Part shown: one piece after another, positions 25,073-32,000 of the stretch
Layout: each line of letters opens with the position of its first letter
Position numbering within the stretch: position 1 is the first letter of the stretch
From: Methanothermobacter thermautotrophicus str. Delta H
GTDB lineage: Archaea > Methanobacteriota > Methanobacteria > Methanobacteriales > Methanothermobacteraceae
Length of the DNA: 32,000 bases
Assembly: GCF_000008645.1 (NCBI RefSeq)
Contig: NC_000916.1
Location: forward strand, 420,001-452,000
Direction of reading: 5' to 3'
Translations under genes and position numbers: made by a program
Notes under the pieces: generated by a model
What the model was told of the DNA's origin: nothing
Databases searched by the model: none
The model's input: the letters and a program-made list of their open reading frames with translations, nothing else

Positions 25073-26824
25073 TCACTTCCACCCCTCAATGATCCTCTGT
25101 TTCAGTATGCGGAACTCCTCATCCTCAAGCAACCTTCCATTCTTTACTATATGCCCCCTGAGGGTCCTCAGAATGAATGATACCACAGCATGACCTATCA
25201 TGTCACCCTTAAGACCATATGGGGGCATGGAGAGGAATTTCATCTCATCCACCGGATCAAAGTCGCCCCTTGAAAATTTTTCAACTGTCACATCCACCAT
25301 GGTCTTAACTGGGTGGTAGACATCTGGAAGGAGGTTAAGGTTCTCATCAACTATCCAGTCACCCCCGGGGCCCCTGAGGATGTGGGCGATGAACCATAAT
25401 AATCCACTCCCTGTTTTCTTTTTGAACTCTTCAAGATTCTCAGAGAAGAATATTTCAAAGACCTTCGGGTAATTTCCAGTCTTCCAGAGGTTTCTGTTTC
25501 CACGTATCACAGGGAGGTTCTCAGGGCCAGAGTGGAAGATCCTCCTTGAAAGCTCACTGTTTATCAGCTCGCTGAGACCATAAAGCCTATCCCCCCTCCC
25601 TGATTCACCATTGAGGTACCACTGGAAACCTGATGCCATCAGATCCCCGACCCACGCCGACACCATCCTCCCTGCAGCATCACTGTGCTCAGGGTCATCT
25701 GAACTCAGCGCAAGGGTCATGTGGTCGAGGAGGATCTCATAGTCCTCAGCAGCCATTGAGGCGTCAGGGAATACCATGAGAACGTTATCAGGTCCTTGGA
25801 GGGTCGGGGCGGGCATCCCCTCATGGGTTCTAAGTATGAGGGCCACAAGGATATCTGATCCTCTGCCATGGAAGTCATCAGCTGAGACCTCAGGATTCAG
25901 TGTGGAAGCATACCCTATTCGGAGCTCCCTGAGTGAGGAACCCCTCAGGAACCCCTCAAGGTCATCCCTTCTTTCACCAAAAAGTTTATCAGGTTCATTT
26001 ATTATTAATTCTCCCAGTCTATCCCTGAATTCCAGATCTTCAGAGCCCAAGTGAGGCCTTTCATCGATCTTAACCCTGAATGAGGAGATATAGCTGTCAA
26101 GTATCTCATCCGAGGATGTATCATCAAGATGGATGACACCGTCGTCCAGGGTGATTGATGGGGACTCCTGCAGTTTAACTGCGATTGATTCCATGGTGGT
26201 CCCGAAAAGTCTGAGGGGGCCCCCCGGGCATTCATCACCGTAAAGGTATTCCAGTCCAATCTCCCGGGAACCGATATCCTCTGCAAGCCTGTAGAGGGAG
26301 TAGGCCACCACATGGTGGTCCAGGTCATCCAGATGTATCCTTTTAACCAATGAGCTCCGTCCCCTCTTCCTCATGGATACGATGGCACCCAGACGCGAGT
26401 TATCAAACATGTTGATGAGGGCTGAGACAGGATTTTCCACTGTGGAGTCCTTAATATCACCGAGATCCGGCCTTATGGCCTCCATGATCCCCTTCTTATC
26501 GAGGTACTCATCGAATCCCACATTGTCACAGAAGAGATTAACGATGGGGGATCCATGGTACATGCTGACCCAGAGGATCTGCCATGCTGCCACGGGTTCC
26601 ATGAAGTAGAGGTCCCTGATCCTGCCAAAGAGTGGGGTTACTTTTTCCTTAACAATGAGGCCTGCATCGGCCAGCCAGGACCCGACGGCCTTCACCTGTA
26701 CCGGACCCAGATTGTTCCTTTCATGCCATCTTTCCTCATGGGTGAAGATTAATGGCATCCATTCATCCCTGAGGCCAAAGGTGGAGTACCTGTCAATTCC
26801 ATTTAACTTTCTGGCTCTCATCAT
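25073..26824 (-). CDS. Uncharacterised protein (583 aa), convergent with the DISARM-like operon and divergent from the McrB-like gene
   Basis: The ORF is intact, with no NTPase or nuclease motif recognised by eye. The N-terminal ~200 aa (STFGLRDEWM...LGPVQVKAVGSWLADAGLIV...WQILWVSMYH...) loosely resemble the DUF4007 pattern. That resemblance is unverified. Confidence 0.7.
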   Translation of the reverse strand: MMRARKLNGIDRYSTFGLRDEWMPLIFTHEERWHERNNLGPVQVKAVGSWLADAGLIVKEKVTPLFGRIRDLYFMEPVAAWQILWVSMYHGSPIVNLFCDNVGFDEYLDKKGIMEAIRPDLGDIKDSTVENPVSALINMFDNSRLGAIVSMRKRGRSSLVKRIHLDDLDHHVVAYSLYRLAEDIGSREIGLEYLYGDECPGGPLRLFGTTMESIAVKLQESPSITLDDGVIHLDDTSSDEILDSYISSFRVKIDERPHLGSEDLEFRDRLGELIINEPDKLFGERRDDLEGFLRGSSLRELRIGYASTLNPEVSADDFHGRGSDILVALILRTHEGMPAPTLQGPDNVLMVFPDASMAAEDYEILLDHMTLALSSDDPEHSDAAGRMVSAWVGDLMASGFQWYLNGESGRGDRLYGLSELINSELSRRIFHSGPENLPVIRGNRNLWKTGNYPKVFEIFFSENLEEFKKKTGSGLLWFIAHILRGPGGDWIVDENLNLLPDVYHPVKTMVDVTVEKFSRGDFDPVDEMKFLSMPPYGLKGDMIGHAVVSFILRTLRGHIVKNGRLLEDEEFRILKQRIIEGWK

Positions 26825-26864
26825 AAACTAAATATTGAGATGGGGATAAATAAGGCTGTGGGGT

Positions 26865-28505
26865 GTGAACTTGATCAGATACGTTAATCTCAGAATAATA
26901 TCAGACAGGGATGAGATAGAATCTCAGCAGAAAAGGCTGGAAAATATTCTGAAGGAGAGAGCAGATAAGGTCGTTGAGGGGGGTGCCGGTTTTCAGGGGG
27001 GTGAGGAGAAGGGTAAGGTATACTGGATGTCTGACCTTGGCATATGGTACATGACCCGATTCATAGAGGGGAGCAGGTACTGGAATGGCTTCGGGACAGA
27101 GGAGCCAGAGGAGGGAGGTAACAGGACAATCGTGTGTGAGATAAACTTTCCCCCGGAGGGTATAAACCGTAGGGTTGGGGCTGCTATAGCGCGTGATCCC
27201 ACAGGAAACTACTATGTGGTGCACAGGGGCAAACTAGGTGGGAATTACAGTAAAAGAATATTTGAGGAGAACTACCACGGTGAATGGACAACAGTCATTG
27301 ACGGTGATCGGCAAGAAAAGGTTGTGGTCATAGGAAAAATTGATGAGACAATCCCTGAGAAAATAAGGAACTTTGTATATGAGGTCCAGAGGATAAAGGG
27401 CATGAAAGCCGATTCTAATCTTGAAGAAAATTTTAAGAAAGAAAGTGGGACAGACATTTACCAGCATCTTGACAAAGGAACAGGAACAGACTTTTACCAG
27501 TACCTGCAGATTCATGGTTATCACTTCAGACCGGAACTCGTTGAGAACTTCCTCCTCTCCCTCAAGGTCAAGCCCTTCGTGATACTGACCGGTAACTCGG
27601 GTACAGGTAAGACGAAGCTTGCACAGCTCTACGGCAGTTACATATCCACAGAGAATGACAAAAGGTACCTGGTCGTCCCGGTGGGTGCCAACTGGACCGA
27701 GACGAGGCACATCTTCGGCTACCTCAACATAATGACGGGGGAATACCAGAGCACCCCGGCCCTGGACTTCATCATGAGGGCCTCCAGGGACCCTGACAAC
27801 CCCTACATCCTGATACTCGATGAGATGAACCTATCACACGTTGAACGCTACTTCTCTGACTTCCTCTCAGCCATGGAGAGCGGCGAACCAGTACCACTCC
27901 ATGATGACCCCAACTCTGAGTTCCCATCCATGATAGAGATACCCGAGAACCTCAGGGTCGTGGGAACAGTCAACGTGGATGAGACCACCTACATGTTCTC
28001 ACCGAAGGTCCTTGACCGGGCAAACACCATAGAATTCGAAACCCTCAGGCCAGGGGAGTATCTTAACGGCACCCCCCACGACCAGGGCCCAGCAGGGGAC
28101 ACAGAATTCCTTGAAGACATCATGGAATACAGCAATGATAACATGAAGGACGACCTCCACATGGTATGGGATGAACTTGTGGCTGAACTTGACTTCTTCC
28201 ATGAAACCCTCACAACCCCAGGATTCGACTTCGGCTTCAGGGTGACAGATGAGATCCTCAGATTCATGCATGCAGCCTGGATCTACGAGAAAAGACCCCG
28301 GGAATGGGAAAACTGGGAGCGCTACCTTGACGCCCAGATCAAACAGAAGATCCTCCCCAAGATCCACGGCCCCGAAAGACTCCTCAGGGACACACTCGAT
28401 AAACTCAAAGAACACTGCCAGGGCAGATTCCCTGAATCAGAGAAGAAGCTTGAGGAGATGCAGAACACCCTGAAAACCCAGCGCTACGCCTCCTTCATCA
28501 GGTAG
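26865..28505 (+). CDS. mcrB: McrB-like AAA+ (AAA_5) GTPase subunit of a type IV restriction system, with an unrecognised N-terminal domain
   Basis: Motifs are FVILTGNSGTGKTKLA (Walker A, 27591-27614), YILILDEMNLSHVERYF (Walker B) and VVGTVNVDETTYMFSPKVLDRANTIEF (McrB-signature MNxxD-type segment). The ORF-track start is a GTG. ATG 27027 (MSDLGIWYM) is an alternative start. Confidence 0.85.
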   Translation: MNLIRYVNLRIISDRDEIESQQKRLENILKERADKVVEGGAGFQGGEEKGKVYWMSDLGIWYMTRFIEGSRYWNGFGTEEPEEGGNRTIVCEINFPPEGINRRVGAAIARDPTGNYYVVHRGKLGGNYSKRIFEENYHGEWTTVIDGDRQEKVVVIGKIDETIPEKIRNFVYEVQRIKGMKADSNLEENFKKESGTDIYQHLDKGTGTDFYQYLQIHGYHFRPELVENFLLSLKVKPFVILTGNSGTGKTKLAQLYGSYISTENDKRYLVVPVGANWTETRHIFGYLNIMTGEYQSTPALDFIMRASRDPDNPYILILDEMNLSHVERYFSDFLSAMESGEPVPLHDDPNSEFPSMIEIPENLRVVGTVNVDETTYMFSPKVLDRANTIEFETLRPGEYLNGTPHDQGPAGDTEFLEDIMEYSNDNMKDDLHMVWDELVAELDFFHETLTTPGFDFGFRVTDEILRFMHAAWIYEKRPREWENWERYLDAQIKQKILPKIHGPERLLRDTLDKLKEHCQGRFPESEKKLEEMQNTLKTQRYASFIR

Positions 28506-28514
28506 TGATCACCG

Positions 28515-30218
28515 ATGGACCAGGAGATAATCATAGAATTCAGGGCAGGGAGACTGAGGATAAATGGGGGTCCAGCGCCCATTGAAGTACCTCCCAGGAT
28601 GGTGAGGGTCAGCGGCCACCCCTTAACACTCATAAACGTCCCCCTGGTTGACAGGCCCGGACTTAACCCCATCGAACACTGCCCCTACTACGACAACCTC
28701 AGTGAAATAATGCTCCTGGAGGAGACAGAATACCAGGTCCTCTTCGAAACTGAAGGATCCCTCAAGGATGTGAAGGTCCTCCCCCATGCAGATGAACTCT
28801 TCAGGAGGATACGATTCAAATTCAGGGACAGAGTGGCGGGTATACTCAACTTCAGGAGCTACGCCGGCAAATCCTTCCTCGACATCGAGACACCCGGGGG
28901 CCATGAATCCATACCCATCGAGGTGAGGTCAAAGAAGATAGACTACCATGAACAGTACCCTGCAATGCTGGCAGACCTCTCAGAGGAGATCACATCCATC
29001 ATCCTCGAGGCTGACTCCTCCATATTCCAGACCTTCACCCCCTCAGGTGAGGATGACAGGACACTCTACGAGGACTTTCTTTTACTGGAGTACCTCTTCA
29101 GACCCGAGAACCTCCCGGCTGCAGCTGAACGCATAAATCACAGCTTCTATTCCGGACTTAAACGTGAGGTCCAGGTTGTACCCGCAGGCCTGGCCTCAGT
29201 GGTGGACCCCAACGGACTGGTGGGTGTGCTGTCAGACCCGGCCAGCATGGATGCAGATGGGAACATAAGGAACCTCCCGCAGCTGAACCTGCGGGAGACG
29301 CCTGACACTCCAGAGAACCGCTTCTACAGGTACTTCCTGGAATCACTGGAGGACAGGATACTCTCGCTCCATGAATCAGCCCCCGAGGGTTACATCAGGG
29401 ACTCCCTGGAGGGATTCCTGGATGAGGTGAACCTCCTCCTCTCTGCAGGGTGGCTGATGGATGTTGGTGAACTCCAGGTCCTCCCCCTGAACTCACAGGT
29501 ACTCCAGAAGAGGGAGGGCTACAGGGACGTTCTCAGGTACTTCTTCATCCTTGACCTCGCACTCAGGTTCACCTGGGAGGGGCTTGAGGACAGTATCAGG
29601 GGATTTGAGAGGAGGCTCAGTGAACTCTATGAGTACTGGTGCTACTTCAGGATCCTCAGGATCCTGGAGGACATAACCGGGGATAGAGTTAACCCCCGGG
29701 ACATATTCGTCAGGGATGGCTGGAGGGTCCGTCTGAGGACCGGGAACTCCATACTCAGGTTCAGCATGGATGACACCGAGATAGCCCTCTCCTACAATGG
29801 AAGGTTCGCCGGGGACACCCCCTGCAGGTCCTATTCACTCCCCTTCAAACCTGACTACTCCATACTCGTGGCTGTGGATGAGTGCACCTGCTTCATACAC
29901 CTGGATGCAAAGTACCGGTCCACTGTGAGGCCAGATGACCTCTATGAGAGTATCGACATGAGGGACTCTGAGGAGGAACTTGAGAGGAGGTTCAGGGATG
30001 GTGATGTTTACAAGATGCACAGCTACAAGGATGCCATACTGCGCAGTGTGGGGGCCTACATACTCTACCCCGGGGATGAGGATGTTTTATTCAGTGAGGG
30101 AGGCGGTGAGGTGCCATCGGTTGGTGCATTTCCACTGAGGCCCGGCGAATCCCATGTGGATGAGAGGAGACTGCGTGACTTTATAGAGAGGGCTATTCTG
30201 AATATAATCGAAGGGTAA
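28515..30218 (+). CDS. mcrC: McrC-like / DUF2357-type PD-(D/E)xK nuclease partner of the McrB-like GTPase
   Basis: It starts 9 nt after the McrB-like stop. The C-terminal nuclease core is KPDYSILVAV...CFIHLDAKYR (D...D-x-K) followed by VYKMHSYKDAI...GAYILYPG. This is the pattern seen in McrC/DUF2357 partners. Confidence 0.8.
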   Translation: MDQEIIIEFRAGRLRINGGPAPIEVPPRMVRVSGHPLTLINVPLVDRPGLNPIEHCPYYDNLSEIMLLEETEYQVLFETEGSLKDVKVLPHADELFRRIRFKFRDRVAGILNFRSYAGKSFLDIETPGGHESIPIEVRSKKIDYHEQYPAMLADLSEEITSIILEADSSIFQTFTPSGEDDRTLYEDFLLLEYLFRPENLPAAAERINHSFYSGLKREVQVVPAGLASVVDPNGLVGVLSDPASMDADGNIRNLPQLNLRETPDTPENRFYRYFLESLEDRILSLHESAPEGYIRDSLEGFLDEVNLLLSAGWLMDVGELQVLPLNSQVLQKREGYRDVLRYFFILDLALRFTWEGLEDSIRGFERRLSELYEYWCYFRILRILEDITGDRVNPRDIFVRDGWRVRLRTGNSILRFSMDDTEIALSYNGRFAGDTPCRSYSLPFKPDYSILVAVDECTCFIHLDAKYRSTVRPDDLYESIDMRDSEEELERRFRDGDVYKMHSYKDAILRSVGAYILYPGDEDVLFSEGGGEVPSVGAFPLRPGESHVDERRLRDFIERAILNIIEG

Positions 30219-30306
30219 TAACCTTTTATACATGGAATCCCCCCAGAGAACTCACCGGGAGATCAGGAATTTAGAAGAAAGAATCAGCGCAGAACTTCTC
30301 CACATC

Positions 30307-30313
30307 AAAAAAA
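30307..30313 (-). terminator. Oligo-T (T7) archaeal-type terminator after the roadblock gene
   Basis: The minus strand reads TAAattcTTTTTTTgatg. The T7 run begins 4 nt after stop codon 30318-30320. Confidence 0.45.
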
Positions 30314-30317
30314 GAAT

Positions 30318-30641
30318 TTACCCGAGAAGGTCACTGACCCTCTCGGAGCTCCTCTTCATCTCTATCCTTATCATACCCAGGTTCACATCAACATCCGTTA
30401 TGACAACGAGGATCCCCTCCCCTGCATCTATCATGAGGGTCTTACCACGTTTACCCTCAATCATGACCTGCTCGAGGGGCTCATGTTTTATCTCCTCGGC
30501 TGACCTCTCGGCTGTACCGAAGACCGCTGATGCCATGGCAGCCACGAGTTCAGCGTCAATGTCACCCGGGACTTCACTCTCTATTATGAGACCATCCTTA
30601 CCCACAACAAGTGAGCCGTTAACACCGTTGAATCCTTCCAA
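30318..30641 (-). CDS. Roadblock/LC7 (MglB-like) domain protein
   Basis: The 107-aa protein reads [46 protein letters not shown]...[28 protein letters not shown]. This is a classic roadblock/LC7 pattern. Confidence 0.8.
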   Translation of the reverse strand: MEGFNGVNGSLVVGKDGLIIESEVPGDIDAELVAAMASAVFGTAERSAEEIKHEPLEQVMIEGKRGKTLMIDAGEGILVVITDVDVNLGMIRIEMKRSSERVSDLLG

Positions 30642-30677
30642 GGTCCTTCAGTATCCTCCCTATCAACCTGAAACCCC

Positions 30678-31703
30678 CTATTCAAACATCTTCCTCATGC
30701 ATCTCCTTATGGTACCCTCAGCTGCACGGTCACCAATGACGGTCTTCAGTTCACCTGTAAGGGCCTGTGCAGCCACCAGGTCAGTGTGGTTAACCTCTGC
30801 CCCCTCAATCCACTTCATGACGTCATCGTTGAGGTCTGAGATCTTCTTGAGGGCTGCGTCGAGTTCCTCCTGCTCATCCAGCAGGTGCATCGACCTTGCA
30901 CTTTTTACGAGCAGCTCAGGGTTGATGGCGGCTGCCATCCCGTCAACACCTGATGTCTCAACCAGGGACGCCATTGTCTGGAGTGTCATGAGTATCTGCT
31001 TCTCAACCATCTCCTCGGGGGCCTTTATGATCTGTGTACCCACATAGTAGTAGTCCAGTACACCTGCAAGTGCCACCGCTGTGACCAGTGACCCCATATC
31101 GGCCACCGCTGAGGTCACATCTGCCGGTACTATGTAGGCCTTCTTGCCTGTGCTCTCTGCCAGTTCAGCGCACCTTGATACCTGTTCATCGGTTGCCATG
31201 TCCAGTTCAGCTGTGGGTCTCCCGCCGATGACGTAGTGGCCATGCTGTGGTGTCCCTGGCACGGCTGCCGGGTGCATGGAGGATACCCCCACGTCGGTCC
31301 TCTCCAGTTTGAGTTCCTTCTCAAGGACGTAGTAGAGGACCACCGGTGATACCGTGCATGTGTTGGCTATGACTGAGCCCTCAGGGAGTTCAGGGAGTAT
31401 CTCCCTGGCTATACTGAAGGTACCCTTACCGAAGGGGGTGAAGAGCACTGCCACTTCAGCCTCACTGGCGGCCTCCTTATCGTTATCTGTTACCGTTACA
31501 CCGGCCTCCTCGACCATGCTCCACTGCTCATCGTCCAGGAATTCCCTTGAAGGTTCCGCCAGTATAACATCATGTCCGGCCATTGCAAACTCCATGGCCA
31601 TCCTGCTTCCACCGTAGGGTGCCTCCCCACCATACCTTTCAGGGAGGTTCAGTTCATCGGTATATAACTTCTGATTACCAGCACCGTAGACTGTCACCTT
31701 CAT
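30678..31703 (-). CDS. Hmd paralogue (HmdII/HmdIII-type, H2-forming methylene-H4MPT dehydrogenase-related protein)
   Basis: MKVTVYGAGNQKLYTDELNLPERYGGEAPYGGSRMAMEFAMAGHDVILAEP...SSMHPAAVPGTP...TPADV..AVADMGSLVTAVALAGVLDYY matches the HmdII/III pattern of methanogens. The ORF-track start 31721 is a GTG. ATG 31703 is preceded by GAGTGAT and is preferred. Confidence 0.85.
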   Translation of the reverse strand: MKVTVYGAGNQKLYTDELNLPERYGGEAPYGGSRMAMEFAMAGHDVILAEPSREFLDDEQWSMVEEAGVTVTDNDKEAASEAEVAVLFTPFGKGTFSIAREILPELPEGSVIANTCTVSPVVLYYVLEKELKLERTDVGVSSMHPAAVPGTPQHGHYVIGGRPTAELDMATDEQVSRCAELAESTGKKAYIVPADVTSAVADMGSLVTAVALAGVLDYYYVGTQIIKAPEEMVEKQILMTLQTMASLVETSGVDGMAAAINPELLVKSARSMHLLDEQEELDAALKKISDLNDDVMKWIEGAEVNHTDLVAAQALTGELKTVIGDRAAEGTIRRCMRKMFE

Positions 31704-31765
31704 TGCTATCACTCTTTTCACATTGGAAATCTACAGAAGAAAAGTTTAGTTCTGGAGCCTCACCC

Positions 31766-31780
31766 TATTAAAGTTTTTTC
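31766..31780 (-). promoter_or_regulatory. Candidate BRE/TATA (GAAAAAA-CTTTAATA) for the Hmd-paralogue gene
   Basis: The minus strand reads ggaaaaaactttaatagggtg. A purine-rich BRE-like run lies directly 5' of the TTTAATA box, 63-77 nt upstream of ATG 31703. Confidence 0.4.
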
Positions 31781-31797
31781 CTGATTGGGGATTTTAT

Positions 31798-31823
31798 GGG
31801 CCCTGTTATTAACTTCAGGGCCC
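31798..31823. promoter_or_regulatory. Perfect 8-bp inverted repeat GGGCCCTG-N10-CAGGGCCC in the intergenic region upstream of the Hmd paralogue
   Basis: Read directly from the sequence: gggccctg ttattaactt cagggccc, followed by ttt. It could be an operator-type palindrome or an RNA hairpin. Confidence 0.3.
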
Positions 31824-32000
31824 TTTGAATGCTTCTAGTGTCTGAAAATATTTCAGACCATCATGGGGTGGTTATAAATAATCATCTCGACAGATAGTAA
31901 TTCTGGTTCATGATTCCAGAGGTGGGGGTTTTGCCGTGAAAGATCTTCAGTCAGGGCTGAGGGTATTATTTGAGGTGGTATTCCTTGCTGTGCTGGGCCT

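Noticed and set aside
1404-28415. Many other 60-230-aa ORFs in the track lying antisense or out of frame within large genes (e.g. 1404..1991, 5089..5670, 6640..6957, 11462..12145, 11955..12368, 22173..22694, 27234..27710, 27999..28415)
   Set aside because: Each lies completely inside a gene with strong motif support on the other strand or frame. Their compositions are skewed (S/R/P/G-rich), and none has an SD plus a recognisable domain.
30232-31047. A 271-aa plus-strand ORF overlapping the roadblock and Hmd-paralogue genes
   Set aside because: It is antisense to two well-supported minus-strand genes. The protein is S/P/T/A-rich low complexity with no motifs, so it is a typical shadow ORF in G/C-ending codon genes.
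1102-31721. The longest-ORF starts given in the track for several genes (1151, 1102, 10022, 14187, 31721, 9582)
   Set aside because: The upstream extensions start at GTG/TTG or lack an SD and encode atypical sequence. Internal ATGs (1103, 1216, 9890, 14202, 31703, 9579) have GGTGAT/GAGGTG-type SDs or coincide with the start of homology.
1-32000. A low-quality assembly as the explanation for all frameshifts
   Set aside because: Frame breaks cluster in four genes, while about 17 kb of large ORFs (822, 413, 1235, 578, 971, 583, 546 and 567 aa) are uninterrupted. It cannot be fully excluded without reads, especially at homopolymers such as G6 at 16002-16007.
1-32000. tRNA, rRNA, transposase/IS, integrase or prophage genes that could mark island borders
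   Set aside because: Visual scanning of intergenic regions and all ORF translations found none. A tRNAscan/Infernal/ISfinder run would be needed for certainty.

Overview
The window looks like chromosomal DNA from a thermophilic Methanobacteriales methanogen, probably Methanothermobacter-like. This is inferred from an HmdII/III-type Hmd paralogue, GGTGAT/GGAGG Shine-Dalgarno sites and BRE/TATA-like promoters. Left edge (1-3.8 kb): a TupA-like tungstate-binding protein (partial), an ATP-cone protein, a frameshifted and truncated P-type ATPase pseudogene, and small membrane proteins. Minus-strand block (4.4-13.5 kb): a decayed ~1,590-codon DUF4011 / SF1 helicase / REase-like / DUF3320 gene broken by three frameshifts, two small membrane proteins, and an intact MrfB(YprB)-like exonuclease plus MrfA(YprA)-like DEAH helicase with a DUF1998 zinc domain. 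Defence island (13.7-30.2 kb): a decayed DJ-1/PfpI pseudogene and a secreted SNase-like lipoprotein come first. A tightly packed plus-strand operon follows: C5-cytosine methyltransferase, Mig/EndoIII-type HhH-GPD [4Fe-4S] glycosylase, DrmA-like helicase (1235 aa), DrmB-like DUF1998 protein (578 aa), and a 971-aa zinc-ribbon orphan. After it come a convergent 583-aa orphan and a McrB-like AAA+ GTPase with a McrC-like PD-(D/E)xK partner. Right edge: a roadblock/LC7 protein and the Hmd paralogue. The main candidate for something new is the DISARM-like operon. It lacks a PLD DrmC and any recognisable DrmE, and carries a mismatch-glycosylase gene plus two large uncharacterised proteins. The glycosylase reading frame overlaps the methyltransferase stop at a G6 run and has no canonical start codon for its conserved N-terminus. 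I found no rRNA, tRNA, CRISPR array, integrase or transposase. All family assignments come from motif recognition by eye, not database searches.
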